DNA from: Polyangiales bacterium
Lineage (GTDB): Bacteria > Myxococcota_A > Polyangia > Polyangiales > Houyiibacteriaceae
Length of the DNA stretch: 64,000 nucleotides
NCBI GenBank assembly: GCA_045106895.1
Contig: JBGCFM010000039.1
Coordinates: forward strand, 6,575 to 70,574
Reading direction: 5' to 3'
Shown here: positions 38,158 to 49,587 of the stretch, piece by piece
Position numbering within the stretch: the first letter of the stretch is position 1
Layout: the number at the start of each line of letters is the position of its first letter
Notes under the pieces: model-generated
The model's database searches: none
Seen by the model: only the letters and a program-made list of their open reading frames with translations
What the model was told of the DNA's origin: nothing
Program-made: the position numbers and the translations under genes

Positions 38158-39203
38158 TCACGCGAGCCAGTCGAGGACGACCTTGCCAGACTGACCGGAG
38201 CGCATCACATCGAAGCCCTCCTGAAAGCTCTCCGCCGGATACTCGTGGGTGAGCAGAGGCGAGATATCGAGCCCTGACTGCAACATCGAAACCATCTTGT
38301 ACCAAGTCTCGAACATCTCCCGGCCGTAGATGCCCTTGAGAACAAGGCCCTTAAAGATGACGTGGTTCCAGTCGATGGTGACATCGCCGGGCGGAATCCC
38401 GAGGAGCGCGACGCGGCCCCCGTGGTTCATGACATCGAGCATGCCAGAGAAGGCGCTGCCGTTCCCGCTCATCTCAAGCCCCACATCGTAGCCTTCGGTC
38501 ATCCCGAGGGCCTCCATCGCTTCACGGGGTGATTCGTTGCGAACATCCACGGTCCGGCTCGCGCCCATCTTTGCGGCGAGCTCCAAGCGATAAGGGTTTA
38601 CGTCCGTGACGACGACGTGCCGCGCCCCGACGTGACGACAGATCGCCGCCGCCATAATACCGATGGGACCCGCGCCGGTGATGAGAACATCTTCGCCGAC
38701 GAGGTCGAAGGAGAGCGCCGTGTGCGCCGCGTTGCCAAGGGGGTCGAGGTAGGCGGCGATCTTGTCCGGCACGTTCGCCGGCAACTTGAAAGCGTTCACC
38801 GCCGGCAAGGAGAGGTAGTCCGCGAAGGCACCGTTCCGGTTTACGCCCACGCCGACGGTATTTCGACAGAGGTGCCGCTTTCCTGCGCGGCAGTTGCGGC
38901 AGTGACCGCAGGTGATGTGGCCTTCGCCGCTGACACGGTCGCCGACTTCGAATCCAAGCACGTGCGAACCGATGGCGACGACGACCCCGCTAAACTCATG
39001 TCCCACGGTCATCGGGACGGGGATGGTGTTCTGCGCCCACTCATCCCAGTTGTAGATGTGGATGTCCGTGCCGCAGATCGCCGTCTTGGCGATTCGAATC
39101 AGCAGGTCGTTGGGCCCGATCTCCGGGACCGGGACCTCCTGCATCCACAGGCCCTCTTTCGCCTCCTGCTTCACGAGGGCGCGCATGGTCTGAGGGAATT
39201 CGC

Positions 39204-39207
<4 letters not shown>
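38158..39207 (-). CDS. tdh: L-threonine 3-dehydrogenase
   Basis: Zn-ADH motifs CGTDIH and GHEFSG. The N-terminus MRALVK...GLWM is typical of Tdh. 4-nt overlap with upstream kbl. Confidence 0.9.
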
Positions 39208-40424
<1,217 letters not shown>

Positions 40425-40504
40425 GCAAAGCGGAAATCGACCTTCTCTGTCATCACACCTCTATCCGCGCCCCTAGCGAAGCGTCTTCGTTTTCGGGCAA
40501 ACGT

Positions 40505-42280
40505 TCAGAAGTCGGCAACCTGCACGGGACGCGGCGCTTCCTCGGTGGTGCCATCACCAAGCTCCCCCTCGTTGTTTCGCCCCCAACAGAAGAGCGCACC
40601 ATCACTTCGCAGCGCACAAGCATGAGCCTCTCCCGCCGCGATGGCGACGACATCGCCAATCACAGGGAGGCTCGGCGGCGCCGAGAGGTTTGCGTCAAAC
40701 CCTGTGCCCAGCTGGCCGTGCGTTTGTCTTCCCCAGCAGTGAACATCACCAGAAGGAAGCAGATAGCAGGCAAAGTCGAGACCCAAGCTGACCTCCGCGG
40801 CGCCTGAGACGGAAGCGACGCTGACGGGACTTGGGCTGTCCAAGACAAGCCCGTTGCCAAGCTGCCCTTGAGAGCCCTCGCCCCAGCACACCGTACTCGT
40901 CGCGCCTACCCGCGTGGCACAGGAGAAGCGGCGGCCGGCGGACACGGTGCTCACATCCGTCAGTCGAAGGACTCGAACGGGCTCGTCGGAGTCGTCCCCC
41001 TCGCCGTTTCCCAGCCCCCCCGACGCTCCTCCTCCCCAGCACATCACCTCGCCGCTCGCGAGAACGGCGCAGGCGTGCGCATCCCCGCAACCAATGTCGA
41101 CGGCCGTCGCGATGTCCGTCACGGAGAGAGGCGTAGCGCTCTCGCCATCGCCATCCACGCCGAGTTGTCCCCTGTCGTTGTTTCCCCAGCAACGAACGCC
41201 TCCATCTCGAATCTGGGCACAGACAAAGTCCGAGCCAGCGGAGATGCCTCGCGCGTCTGCGACGCCTGACACGAGCCGTGGCTCGGAACGGTCAGCGCCA
41301 TTGTCCCCCAGCGCACTCTTCGCGTTGGATCCCCAGCAGCTGACGCCACCCGTCGCGTGAAGTGCGCACGTAAACTCGTCTCCGGCGGTGACCGCCACAG
41401 CATCTGTCAGACCGGGAACGAGGATTGGCTCAAGGGAGACTGCTGGCAACGCGCTGCCCAGCTCGCCTTTGGAGTTACGCCCCCAGCAGTAGACTTCACC
41501 GGCACGAACGGCGCAGGAGTGCCGCCTTCCCGCGGCGATTTGCCCCGACATCGAAGCGCAGGTGCCCTCGACGCAGGCTTCGCCCACGCCGCAGACTAGT
41601 CCGCACGCTCCGCAATGGTTCGGGGCTGTCAGGGTGTTGATCTCGCAGCCGTTTGTGGGCTGGGAATCGCAGTCTTCAAACCCCGAGTCGCAGTCTTCAA
41701 TCTCGCACATGCCGGCGCGACAGCGAGCGTTCGCGTTCGCCAGGTCACACGCCGAAGCGCAGAGCGAGGGGCCGTCATCGCGGGGAGCATCGTCGAGCGC
41801 TGCATCACTTGGAGCGGCGTCACTTGCGGCTGCATCAAACGAGGAGCCGTCAGCCGCGCCGTCAAAAGACGCAACATCGCGGGACACCGACGCGTCGCGT
41901 GCGAGCGCCGAGGTGTCGAGTCCTGCATCTTCGGCGCGGACTGGAACAACTTGAAGAGCGGCAGACGCGAAATGCTCCGCCGCAGCGCTCACGCGAAGAT
42001 CGTAAGCGCCCACGGGCAGTGCCGACGATAGTCGAACAAGCATCCCCTCGTGACCCACGTCGACAACGTCGGCGCGCTCGGCGCCGATCCAAACCTCAAC
42101 TCCCGCGCGAAGCCTCAACTCTGAACCCGTCGCCTCCAAGTAGTCGGCGTAAGGAACGCCCCGCACAACGAAGTTCGTGCCCTCTGCCTCGGACACAGGA
42201 ACCTGACTAGGCTCGAGCCTCGGGGCTGTCTGAGCACAACCCGCGAGCACCAAAGCTCCGACGACAAAGACCCGCATCAT
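40505..42280 (-). CDS. RCC1-repeat (7-bladed beta-propeller) lipoprotein with Ig-like and Cys-rich modules
   Basis: Lipobox LVLAGC. Seven CWG.N..G.LG repeats. Cys-rich module CASACD...CGACGLVCGVGEACVEGTC. Start ATG 42278-80 overlaps the kinase stop (ATGA). Track ORF ..42517 is an upstream extension. Confidence 0.8.
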   Translation of the reverse strand: MMRVFVVGALVLAGCAQTAPRLEPSQVPVSEAEGTNFVVRGVPYADYLEATGSELRLRAGVEVWIGAERADVVDVGHEGMLVRLSSALPVGAYDLRVSAAAEHFASAALQVVPVRAEDAGLDTSALARDASVSRDVASFDGAADGSSFDAAASDAAPSDAALDDAPRDDGPSLCASACDLANANARCRAGMCEIEDCDSGFEDCDSQPTNGCEINTLTAPNHCGACGLVCGVGEACVEGTCASMSGQIAAGRRHSCAVRAGEVYCWGRNSKGELGSALPAVSLEPILVPGLTDAVAVTAGDEFTCALHATGGVSCWGSNAKSALGDNGADRSEPRLVSGVADARGISAGSDFVCAQIRDGGVRCWGNNDRGQLGVDGDGESATPLSVTDIATAVDIGCGDAHACAVLASGEVMCWGGGASGGLGNGEGDDSDEPVRVLRLTDVSTVSAGRRFSCATRVGATSTVCWGEGSQGQLGNGLVLDSPSPVSVASVSGAAEVSLGLDFACYLLPSGDVHCWGRQTHGQLGTGFDANLSAPPSLPVIGDVVAIAAGEAHACALRSDGALFCWGRNNEGELGDGTTEEAPRPVQVADF

Positions 42281-44550
42281 CACGCCGCTCCCCTCGACTC
42301 GGGGATCTCCAGCAGCGAGTCGAGAATCTTTGGGTCCAGAGGCTTTCCGACCACACGAACGCCCTGCGGCACGTTCTGCGCCGACCCGGTTACGATAACA
42401 AGCTTGCGCAAGAGCTCGGGCTGCTTTTCCCGGAGCGCCTCGACGAAACCCTGGCCGTTGAGATGCGGCATGCTCATGTCGCAGAGCACGAGGTCGAACT
42501 CGCGATGCGTCATCCACTCGAAGCCTTCCTTGGGGTCCGTCGTGCCTTCGACGTCAGCGCGCTTTCGCAACCACCGCTTCATCGATCGGACAACGGCGGC
42601 ATCGTCATCGATGACCAGCAGACGTGGGCGGGGCGAATCGATCGGCGTCGCCCGCGCCGCGGGAATTGAGTCTGGAGTGGCGGCTGGAAGAGAGAGCCGA
42701 AACGTACTGCCGTCGGAAGAGCTGGCGACGAGTTCGAGAGTCCCGCCGTGAGCTTCGACAAGGGACCGAGAAATGTAGAGGCCGAGGCCGGTGCCTTGCT
42801 CGCCCTTCGACGTGTAGAACGCCTCGAAAAGCCTGTCTTTTGCTCCGAGGGGGATTCCGGGACCGTCGTCGATGACGTCGATGATCACCTCGCGCCCTTG
42901 CCGACGAGCGTGGACCTGGACATTTCCCCCGGGACCCGCGGCGTCGAGTGCGTTGTTCATCAGGTTGAGCACGACCTGCTCGAAGCGGCCTCGATCGACG
43001 CCGACTTGGAGACGCTCGTCGCCCACGACTTCCACGGTCCCGGCAGGTCGCCGCGCATGAGCCATACGTGCCATGTCCTGAAGAAGACCGTTGACCTCCA
43101 CACTCTCTTGGCTCGTGCTGCGGCCCCCGCTCGAGACCGCCGAAAGGTCACGTACAATGTGGATGAGGCGCTGCACACCCTGATGCGCGTCGCCAACCAT
43201 TTCGCGCACGTCCTCGCTGAGCTCTTCCTCCAGCACGGCGAGCATATTTGCGTTCACGAACGCGAGGGGCGTGTTCATTTCGTGGGCGACGGACGCCGAC
43301 AAGCGACTGAGCATGGCCAGCTTTTCGCCCACTCTGGCTTGCCGCTCCAGGTTCGCCGCGCGCAAGTTGCTCAGCGCGGTGCGCGTCAGAAGCTCCGCCA
43401 CACGCACATCGGCTTCTGACACTTCCCCGGACGCGACGGCGAAGCCAAAGTCTCGCGCGCCATCGTGCAGAGCGATCACATGGTCTCGTGTGACGCGAAC
43501 GACTCCGGAGTCATCCGCGTCGTATTCGGGCTCATCGGAAGGGGCAGACGGTCCGCCCTCGGCAGGACAAAACTCGGATCTCGGCGCTTCGATTCGCCAC
43601 GGCACTTCAAGCGCGCCAAGCTCCGTCGCGAGTTCTGCGAGGTAGAGGTCGGGGTCCTCGGCGGAAGCACGACTGAGTTCGAGGGAGCGTGTGAGCGCCC
43701 TGGCATCTCGATGTAGTCGGGCGCTCAGCCCTTCGATGGCCGCCCCTAGATCCCCCACCTCGTCGTTCGGCAGCTTTGGAAAGGTGATCGGCAACGTTGT
43801 GCTCTGGCTCACCACCCGAACGAGCGCTCGAATGGGCGAGGTCACTCCTCGCGAGAACAGCCACGCCATGAGAAAGAGCGGTACAATGACAAGAGCAGAC
43901 GCCGCCATAACCCGCTGAGATGTCACGAACGCCGCGGCGCGCGCAGGCCCGAGAGGAACGTCCATCTCCAGCCGAAGTCCAGCCTCGATGGGCGCGACGT
44001 AGCGAATGGAGCGGTCGCTGCGACGCGCCTGAATCAAGTCCGTTCCGCCACCTTCGGTCACCAGCGCCGCCGTCCATCCGGAGGCGAAGGCGACGAGGTC
44101 CTCGAGCGGTACAAGCCCCACCACACGCACGCCGCCAGCGCGTACGCGAAGAATGGCCTGGGTCCCGGCTATCACGAGGGCTCCGTCCGCGGCGCTTCCA
44201 GCGCCGCGAAGAACCTCCATGGCTTCGTGGGTACTGGAGGCTTCGAACACCTCCTCGCCTCCGCGGGAGGCGAGCACCGCGAGGACCGTTCCCTCGACGG
44301 CCCTTGGTACCTCAAGCAGGCGCCCGCCGTCGATGGCGAAGGCGGACGCGCGGAGCTGAGCGCGGGCCAACATGAGTCGCTGACGAATGGCGTCACGTCG
44401 TTGCTCCGTCGCGATCATGGCATGATCGACGAGACCAGCCTCCCTGTCGTCCTGCACGACAGCCAGCACGGCCAAGGTGCTCACAGAAAGCGTCACGATG
44501 CCGGCGAGTAGAACGACGGCGAAGACGCGGGCGAAAAGGTTTACTCTCAC
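42280..44550 (-). CDS. Hybrid sensor histidine kinase / response regulator
   Basis: TM, roughly 190-aa extracytoplasmic domain, second TM and HAMP-like segment. H-box SVAHEMNTPL, N-box NLMNNALDA, DDGPGI, GTGLGL. C-terminal REC (LLVIDDD...LVLCDMSMP). GTGA overlap with the upstream gene. Confidence 0.9.
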   Translation of the reverse strand: MRVNLFARVFAVVLLAGIVTLSVSTLAVLAVVQDDREAGLVDHAMIATEQRRDAIRQRLMLARAQLRASAFAIDGGRLLEVPRAVEGTVLAVLASRGGEEVFEASSTHEAMEVLRGAGSAADGALVIAGTQAILRVRAGGVRVVGLVPLEDLVAFASGWTAALVTEGGGTDLIQARRSDRSIRYVAPIEAGLRLEMDVPLGPARAAAFVTSQRVMAASALVIVPLFLMAWLFSRGVTSPIRALVRVVSQSTTLPITFPKLPNDEVGDLGAAIEGLSARLHRDARALTRSLELSRASAEDPDLYLAELATELGALEVPWRIEAPRSEFCPAEGGPSAPSDEPEYDADDSGVVRVTRDHVIALHDGARDFGFAVASGEVSEADVRVAELLTRTALSNLRAANLERQARVGEKLAMLSRLSASVAHEMNTPLAFVNANMLAVLEEELSEDVREMVGDAHQGVQRLIHIVRDLSAVSSGGRSTSQESVEVNGLLQDMARMAHARRPAGTVEVVGDERLQVGVDRGRFEQVVLNLMNNALDAAGPGGNVQVHARRQGREVIIDVIDDGPGIPLGAKDRLFEAFYTSKGEQGTGLGLYISRSLVEAHGGTLELVASSSDGSTFRLSLPAATPDSIPAARATPIDSPRPRLLVIDDDAAVVRSMKRWLRKRADVEGTTDPKEGFEWMTHREFDLVLCDMSMPHLNGQGFVEALREKQPELLRKLVIVTGSAQNVPQGVRVVGKPLDPKILDSLLEIPESRGAA

Positions 44551-45716
44551 CTCTGCCTCAAGACGCTACGTGTAGTGGTCCTCGAGTTTCCAACGGCGTC
44601 GCGAACGACAACGACGATATTCGTCAATCCGGGGCGAACCTGCGTCGTCGAACGAAACGAACCGTCCGCATTCACTTGGGCTCTCGCACCATTGATGGTG
44701 AGCACAGCGCCAGGCTCCGTTCGTCCCGCCACGATGGCGCCCTCCTGAACGATCTGGCCGGGCGTCGGCGAACGAAGCGTGACCGTCGGCGGCGTTCGGT
44801 CGAGGACTACGTGGAAGTGGCCGTGGGCGCTTTCGTGGCCGTGGCCCAGCGGCGTGAGAGCGCGTACGGACCATTCGTAGTCGCCGCTAGAGAGCGTAAA
44901 GCGCGCGTGCGTCGCCGACACCTGGCGTTCAATGGGCTCGCTCGGCCCCCGTACCATGACCTCGTACTGGTCGACGGAAGCAACCGGCGACCATCGCAGC
45001 TGAACGCTCCCACGGGTGAGTATCTCCGCATCCGCGTCTGGCTGAAGGAGCTCGGCGGGCGCCGGCAAGTCCGCTCCTTCATCAACGATGACGCCATCCA
45101 TACTGAGCTGAACGAAGCGTGATTCGTCGATGGCGCGCTCGGGGCCCCCGCCGACGGCGAGTCGCCCTCGCCCACTGAGCATCGCGATCTCGGCGATCTC
45201 CTCCCCAATCTCGATCCGCGCCTCAACGTACCCGGCATCGCCCATCTCCGAACGGTTGAGTACGAGTTCGCCTGGAGGAAGTGCGACCTCCAGGCGTTCC
45301 ACCCCGGCGTCTGCGTCGACACGCGCTCTCAAGCGCCCGGAGAGGTGCCGAAGGCGCCCCACGTTCGGCACCTGCGCTGGAATCCGCAACGTGGTGCGCG
45401 GTTCCATCACCGTGGAGACCCGCGCGGACTCAAAACTGATCGTCGCCCCGGCGAGGGCCATCGTTTGAACCGACTCGCCGGCGAAAAGAGCCTGACCAAG
45501 CGCCCCCTGGCTCCAGTTCGCCGTGGAGGCGAGCTGAACGCGCACATCGCCGACGAGCTCTGCGATGGACGCCGACGGGGGAAGCAGAGGTGTCGTGGCT
45601 TCGTCGGCGCCGGTTTCCGGCGACAGAACAACGCTGGAGTCGTCGCCACGCTCGCACGAAGAGAGGAACGCCACGAACGCGCCAAGGCACATCGCTCGCC
45701 TAAAACCGAAACGCAC
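44547..45716 (-). CDS. FecR-like domain lipoprotein with Fn3/Ig-like C-terminal domains
   Basis: Lipobox FLSSC. FecR-like segment GDVRVQLASTANWSQGALGQALFAGESVQT...ATISF...TTLRI. C-terminal beta-sandwich repeats. 17-nt overlap with the upstream gene. Confidence 0.6.
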   Translation of the reverse strand: MRFGFRRAMCLGAFVAFLSSCERGDDSSVVLSPETGADEATTPLLPPSASIAELVGDVRVQLASTANWSQGALGQALFAGESVQTMALAGATISFESARVSTVMEPRTTLRIPAQVPNVGRLRHLSGRLRARVDADAGVERLEVALPPGELVLNRSEMGDAGYVEARIEIGEEIAEIAMLSGRGRLAVGGGPERAIDESRFVQLSMDGVIVDEGADLPAPAELLQPDADAEILTRGSVQLRWSPVASVDQYEVMVRGPSEPIERQVSATHARFTLSSGDYEWSVRALTPLGHGHESAHGHFHVVLDRTPPTVTLRSPTPGQIVQEGAIVAGRTEPGAVLTINGARAQVNADGSFRSTTQVRPGLTNIVVVVRDAVGNSRTTTRSVLRQR

Positions 45717-47349
45717 CGTTCACCTCCGCAAACCCTGAGAGCCACGGCTGTCCCCAGGCCCGGGTGCCCAAGTCGACTCCAAAGACACCGCCGATATCCA
45801 CGCCGAACTCCACGGCCTCAAGTCGAAGCCGGGGCCCTGCCGAAACTCGACCCTGAAGGAACGCAGTATGACCGGAAGCGTCTCCCTCCCCGACGTGTGC
45901 ACGGGCACGCCCATACCCACCGCCGAGAGCCACGCGAAGAGCCCCGCCGGCCCGTTCGCCAAACGCGGCCTCCGCCAGCGCAAAGACGCCCACTTCATGA
46001 CGAGTCCCCGTCAGCGCGCCGATGGAAGAGTTCTGAGCGGTGGCGTGAAGCCTCACCCTTGTATATTCGGCGCCCACGCCCACGCGCAGCCAGGGCGCGC
46101 TCTGGTGCCAGAGCCGCGCAGCCGCCCCAAAGCCGGCGCGGCTCCACACGTCAAAGCTCCCCCGGAGCGCGAGCTCCAGGGCAAAACGAGGCTCTGGGCT
46201 CGGTGGAATGGCGACGGGCTGAGGAGCACGAATCCGGACGCGTCGAGCCGCAAGGGGAACCACTCTCCCATCGACGAGAGCGCCCACAACGATCGTCTGC
46301 GCGACCGGACCTGCCAGGGCGGGGCACGAGAATGGCGCCGCCGCGTAGGGACCAGCTCCGCATCGAAGTCGGATTCGCTCCACGTCGACGGACGAGCCGT
46401 CCGCGCCATGGGCGCTTACATCCACCACGAATGGCTCTCCATCCGCCACGGACTCAGGCGCTTCGACCTCAACCTCAACAGGCCAGTGCGCCGTGACTTC
46501 CAGTTCGACGGCGCGAAGAGGCTGAGCATCGATGCCAACGGACAAGTCCACGGATTCAGCCGACACGGGCGCGGAGAGCGCGACGGCGGCCGTTCCGTCG
46601 TCAAGCCAGCGAAGGCTCGTGAGGACCCCGCGAGCGGATTCGATGTGGAGTGGGAGCGTGCTGCTCAGTCTCCCGCGGGCGTCCGCGGCGACGACAAAGG
46701 CAGCCTCCCTCGGCGGACCTCCAGCCTCGATGGCCATGTCTGCAGCGAGGACGAGCACCTGTGGCTCGCCGGAAGGGGAGCGCGGGGCGACTCCGGCGAC
46801 TCCGACCATGGCGCCGCTGCGAACCACCACACCGAGTACGCCACCCGGCACGTTCGCTGCCATGCGACCGTCGCCTACACTCTCGAGGACGATCTCACCT
46901 TCCATGGTTTGGACGACGCCGGAGACATCCTCGCGCAGGTCGGAACCAAGGACGACGACCTCCAGCCGGGAGCCGCGCCGTCGGGCGCGAATGGCGAGCT
47001 GGCCGCGATCGTCGAGTGGCACCGTCACCGCGGATTGCGCGCCTTCGTACGTGGCCTGGAGAACGATGCGGTCGTGAGTCCCCCTGGGCCGCAAAAGCAA
47101 CCACCGAACGCATGGTCCGGCTTGTTCCTCGACGATGACGTCCGCGGTGTCCGAACTCCACGCGATGGCTCGCTCCGCAGGCACGCACTCCCCGGTGTCG
47201 TCCTCCAAAACGGCCATCACACGTCGGCCATGCTCTGTTCCGGCTGGGCCAAAAGCATAAAGATGTTGGGCAGCGGCCTCGTGCGGCCAAAGCAGAAGCA
47301 GAACGCTCACAAAGCAGCACGCCAGCGTTGGGAAGCGTTGGCGGGACAA
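45700..47349 (-). CDS. Secreted protein with Ig-like passenger region and C-terminal outer-membrane beta-barrel-like domain
   Basis: Signal peptide CCFVSVLLLLWPHEAAAQ. The last roughly 170 aa have alternating amphipathic beta-strand character and end in the aromatic OMP terminus ...EVNGAFRF. TTG start abuts the regulator stop. Confidence 0.55.
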   Translation of the reverse strand: MSRQRFPTLACCFVSVLLLLWPHEAAAQHLYAFGPAGTEHGRRVMAVLEDDTGECVPAERAIAWSSDTADVIVEEQAGPCVRWLLLRPRGTHDRIVLQATYEGAQSAVTVPLDDRGQLAIRARRRGSRLEVVVLGSDLREDVSGVVQTMEGEIVLESVGDGRMAANVPGGVLGVVVRSGAMVGVAGVAPRSPSGEPQVLVLAADMAIEAGGPPREAAFVVAADARGRLSSTLPLHIESARGVLTSLRWLDDGTAAVALSAPVSAESVDLSVGIDAQPLRAVELEVTAHWPVEVEVEAPESVADGEPFVVDVSAHGADGSSVDVERIRLRCGAGPYAAAPFSCPALAGPVAQTIVVGALVDGRVVPLAARRVRIRAPQPVAIPPSPEPRFALELALRGSFDVWSRAGFGAAARLWHQSAPWLRVGVGAEYTRVRLHATAQNSSIGALTGTRHEVGVFALAEAAFGERAGGALRVALGGGYGRARAHVGEGDASGHTAFLQGRVSAGPRLRLEAVEFGVDIGGVFGVDLGTRAWGQPWLSGFAEVNGAFRF

Positions 47350-47730
47350 CTAGACCGCCCTTGCGGCGTTCGACGGCAAGCACCGGAGCATATCGACGAG
47401 GTCGTTGGGGCTAGCCGACTTATGCAGGTAGCCATCCGCTCCACCACCCGTCGCCAACATGCGCAGTTCGTGCTCTTCAACGCCGCTATAGAACACAACT
47501 TTCGTGCTCATGAGACACGGGTCGTCGCGGAGGAGATCGAGCACCTCGATGCCTCGAAGTCCCGGCATATTCATGTCCATCACCAAGATGTCCGGGTGCG
47601 TCGACGCCACCAGGTTGAGCACGCCGTAGGCGCGGTTGCTGACCTGCACCTCGAAGCCTGCCCGGATGAGAGTCCGAGACAATATCTTCGTCATGAGGAG
47701 GTCATCATCGACGAGGAGGATCCGTGTCAC
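47350..47730 (-). CDS. Single-domain (CheY-like) response regulator
   Basis: REC motifs ILLVDDD, DILVMDMNMPG and a conserved K (YLHKS). Confidence 0.9.
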   Translation of the reverse strand: MTRILLVDDDLLMTKILSRTLIRAGFEVQVSNRAYGVLNLVASTHPDILVMDMNMPGLRGIEVLDLLRDDPCLMSTKVVFYSGVEEHELRMLATGGGADGYLHKSASPNDLVDMLRCLPSNAARAV

Positions 47731-47825
47731 CCTCGGGATGAACGGACGAAGCCCTCTTTGCTTGAGTGTTTTCGGTGACCCTCTTCCCGAAGTGTGGTCT
47801 CTTTTGCAGCGAGAAGAGAGGTTCG

Positions 47826-48158
47826 ATGGCGAAGAAACCCAAACACGTGGTCTGCACCCAGTGCCGACTTGGCCAGGATCAGGTCCTAAAAAAGTCGTTT
47901 CTCGGCTTCTTCAAGTTCGCCTGCGAGGAGTGCAAAAGCGAGAACACCTACCCGCTCTCGATGGGCTACGCGGTGATCTACGGCTTGGCGATTCTCATCG
48001 CTGTGGTCACCAGCGTGCGCGGCGAGTTTCGCTGCGGAATCCTGGCGATAGGCGGCGTCTTCGCCCTCGCCTTCGACTTCGGCATCCGCCGCCGGGCGAA
48101 CGATGCCATGCAGAACGAGCGCTCCAAAGGCCAAGTCGTCGCCGACGTCTTCAAGTAG
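47826..48158 (+). CDS. Small Zn-ribbon membrane protein (hypothetical)
   Basis: CTQC...CEEC ribbon followed by two TM helices. ATG 47826 preceded by GAGAGG. Confidence 0.5.
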   Translation: MAKKPKHVVCTQCRLGQDQVLKKSFLGFFKFACEECKSENTYPLSMGYAVIYGLAILIAVVTSVRGEFRCGILAIGGVFALAFDFGIRRRANDAMQNERSKGQVVADVFK

Positions 48159-48194
48159 ACGTCAACGGCGCAAACCAGACGCTAAACGCAGCGC

Positions 48195-49580
48195 TTAGAA
48201 CGCTTCGGGCGTGGGCTCTTCTTCTTCCGCGTCACCGAGGTCTTCGGCGCCATGCGTGAGCTTCTTCAGAGGTCTCAGAGCGGCGATGACGACGACGCCG
48301 ATGGCGGTACAGAACACGGCGACGCCGATGAAGATGGGCTTCTCGCCAGCGTCGCCCACGGCCGCTTCGCCGATGAGGCCAGCGACCTTGTTCCCGAGGC
48401 CCGTCGCGGCGAAGTAAGCGCCCATCATGAACGAGGCGTACTTGATAGGCGCAAGCTTCGTGATGAAGCTGAGCGCCACGGGCGAAGCGCAGAGCTCGCC
48501 GATGGTGTGGAAGAGGTAGGCGAGGACGAGCCATCCGAGCCAAGCCTGCTGGCCCGCTTCGTTTTCCATGGCGGCGGCGACCATGAAGAGGAAGCCCCAG
48601 CCCATGATCATCGTGCCAACGGCCATCTTGAAGAGAGACGAGGACTCGTGCCCGCGCTTCTTCCACATGATCCAGAAGTTCGCGACGGGCACCGCGAGGA
48701 GAATGATGTACGCCGGGTTGAGGGACTGGAACCACGTCGCCTGAACCTCGAAGGAGCCCATCATGAGGTCCGTCTTTTCGGCGGCGTAGAGGTTGAGCAA
48801 ACCGCCGGCCTGCTCGAAGGCGCCCCAGAAACAGATGACGATGATGAAGGAGATGAAGAGCACGATCATGCGCTGCGTCTCTACCTTCGAGATGGGGCGC
48901 GCCGCGGCGGCGGCTTCGGCGGCGGACGCCTCGGCGCCGGTCGTCAGATTCCCAACGGTCCGCAGATAGCGCTGGCCCCACATGTACACAGCCTGTCCGA
49001 AGAGCATGCCGATGCCGGCGAGGCCAAAGCCGTAGTGCCAGCCGTAGCTTTGACCGATGGTGCCCACGATGACGCCGCTCAGCACCGCACCAATGTTGAT
49101 GCCCATGTAGAAGATGTTGAAGCCCTTGTCGCGACGCTCATCGCCGGTGGCGTAGAGGCCGCCGACCATCGTCGAGATGTTCGGCTTGAGAAGACCGACG
49201 CCGATGATGATGAGGCCAAGCCCCGAATAGAACATCTCAATGCCGGGGAGCGCGAGGACGAGGTGGCCTGCGCAAAGCACCAGGCCGCCGATGAGCACGG
49301 CTTTCTTCTGGCCCGTGATCTTGTCGGCGATGAGGCCGCCGGGGATCGACGCGACGTAGACCAGCATCGTGTACCAGCCGTAAAGCGCGAGGGCTTCTCC
49401 CTCGGTCCAGCCGAGACCGCCCGCGGGGCCTTCCTGCGTCTCCGCGACAAGATAGAGCACGAGGAGCGCGCGCATTCCGTAGTAGCTGAAACGCTCCCAG
49501 AGCTCCGTGAAGAAGAGGATGTAGAGACCCTTCGGGTGTCCGAAGAGCTCGTCGTCTTGGTTTGTCGTGGCGGTAGTCAT
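48195..49580 (-). CDS. POT/PTR2-family di-/tripeptide:proton symporter
   Basis: PTR2 signature ELWERFSYYGMRALLVLYL. About 12-14 TM helices. Confidence 0.9.
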   Translation of the reverse strand: MTTATTNQDDELFGHPKGLYILFFTELWERFSYYGMRALLVLYLVAETQEGPAGGLGWTEGEALALYGWYTMLVYVASIPGGLIADKITGQKKAVLIGGLVLCAGHLVLALPGIEMFYSGLGLIIIGVGLLKPNISTMVGGLYATGDERRDKGFNIFYMGINIGAVLSGVIVGTIGQSYGWHYGFGLAGIGMLFGQAVYMWGQRYLRTVGNLTTGAEASAAEAAAAARPISKVETQRMIVLFISFIIVICFWGAFEQAGGLLNLYAAEKTDLMMGSFEVQATWFQSLNPAYIILLAVPVANFWIMWKKRGHESSSLFKMAVGTMIMGWGFLFMVAAAMENEAGQQAWLGWLVLAYLFHTIGELCASPVALSFITKLAPIKYASFMMGAYFAATGLGNKVAGLIGEAAVGDAGEKPIFIGVAVFCTAIGVVVIAALRPLKKLTHGAEDLGDAEEEEPTPEAF

Positions 49581-49587
49581 GAAAGAA

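Noticed and set aside
45345-47778. Long plus-strand ORFs (383 aa and 636 aa) antisense to the signalling operon
   Set aside because: They are extremely R/P/G-rich with no motifs. The minus-strand genes have signal peptides, REC and FecR-like features, and coupled junctions.
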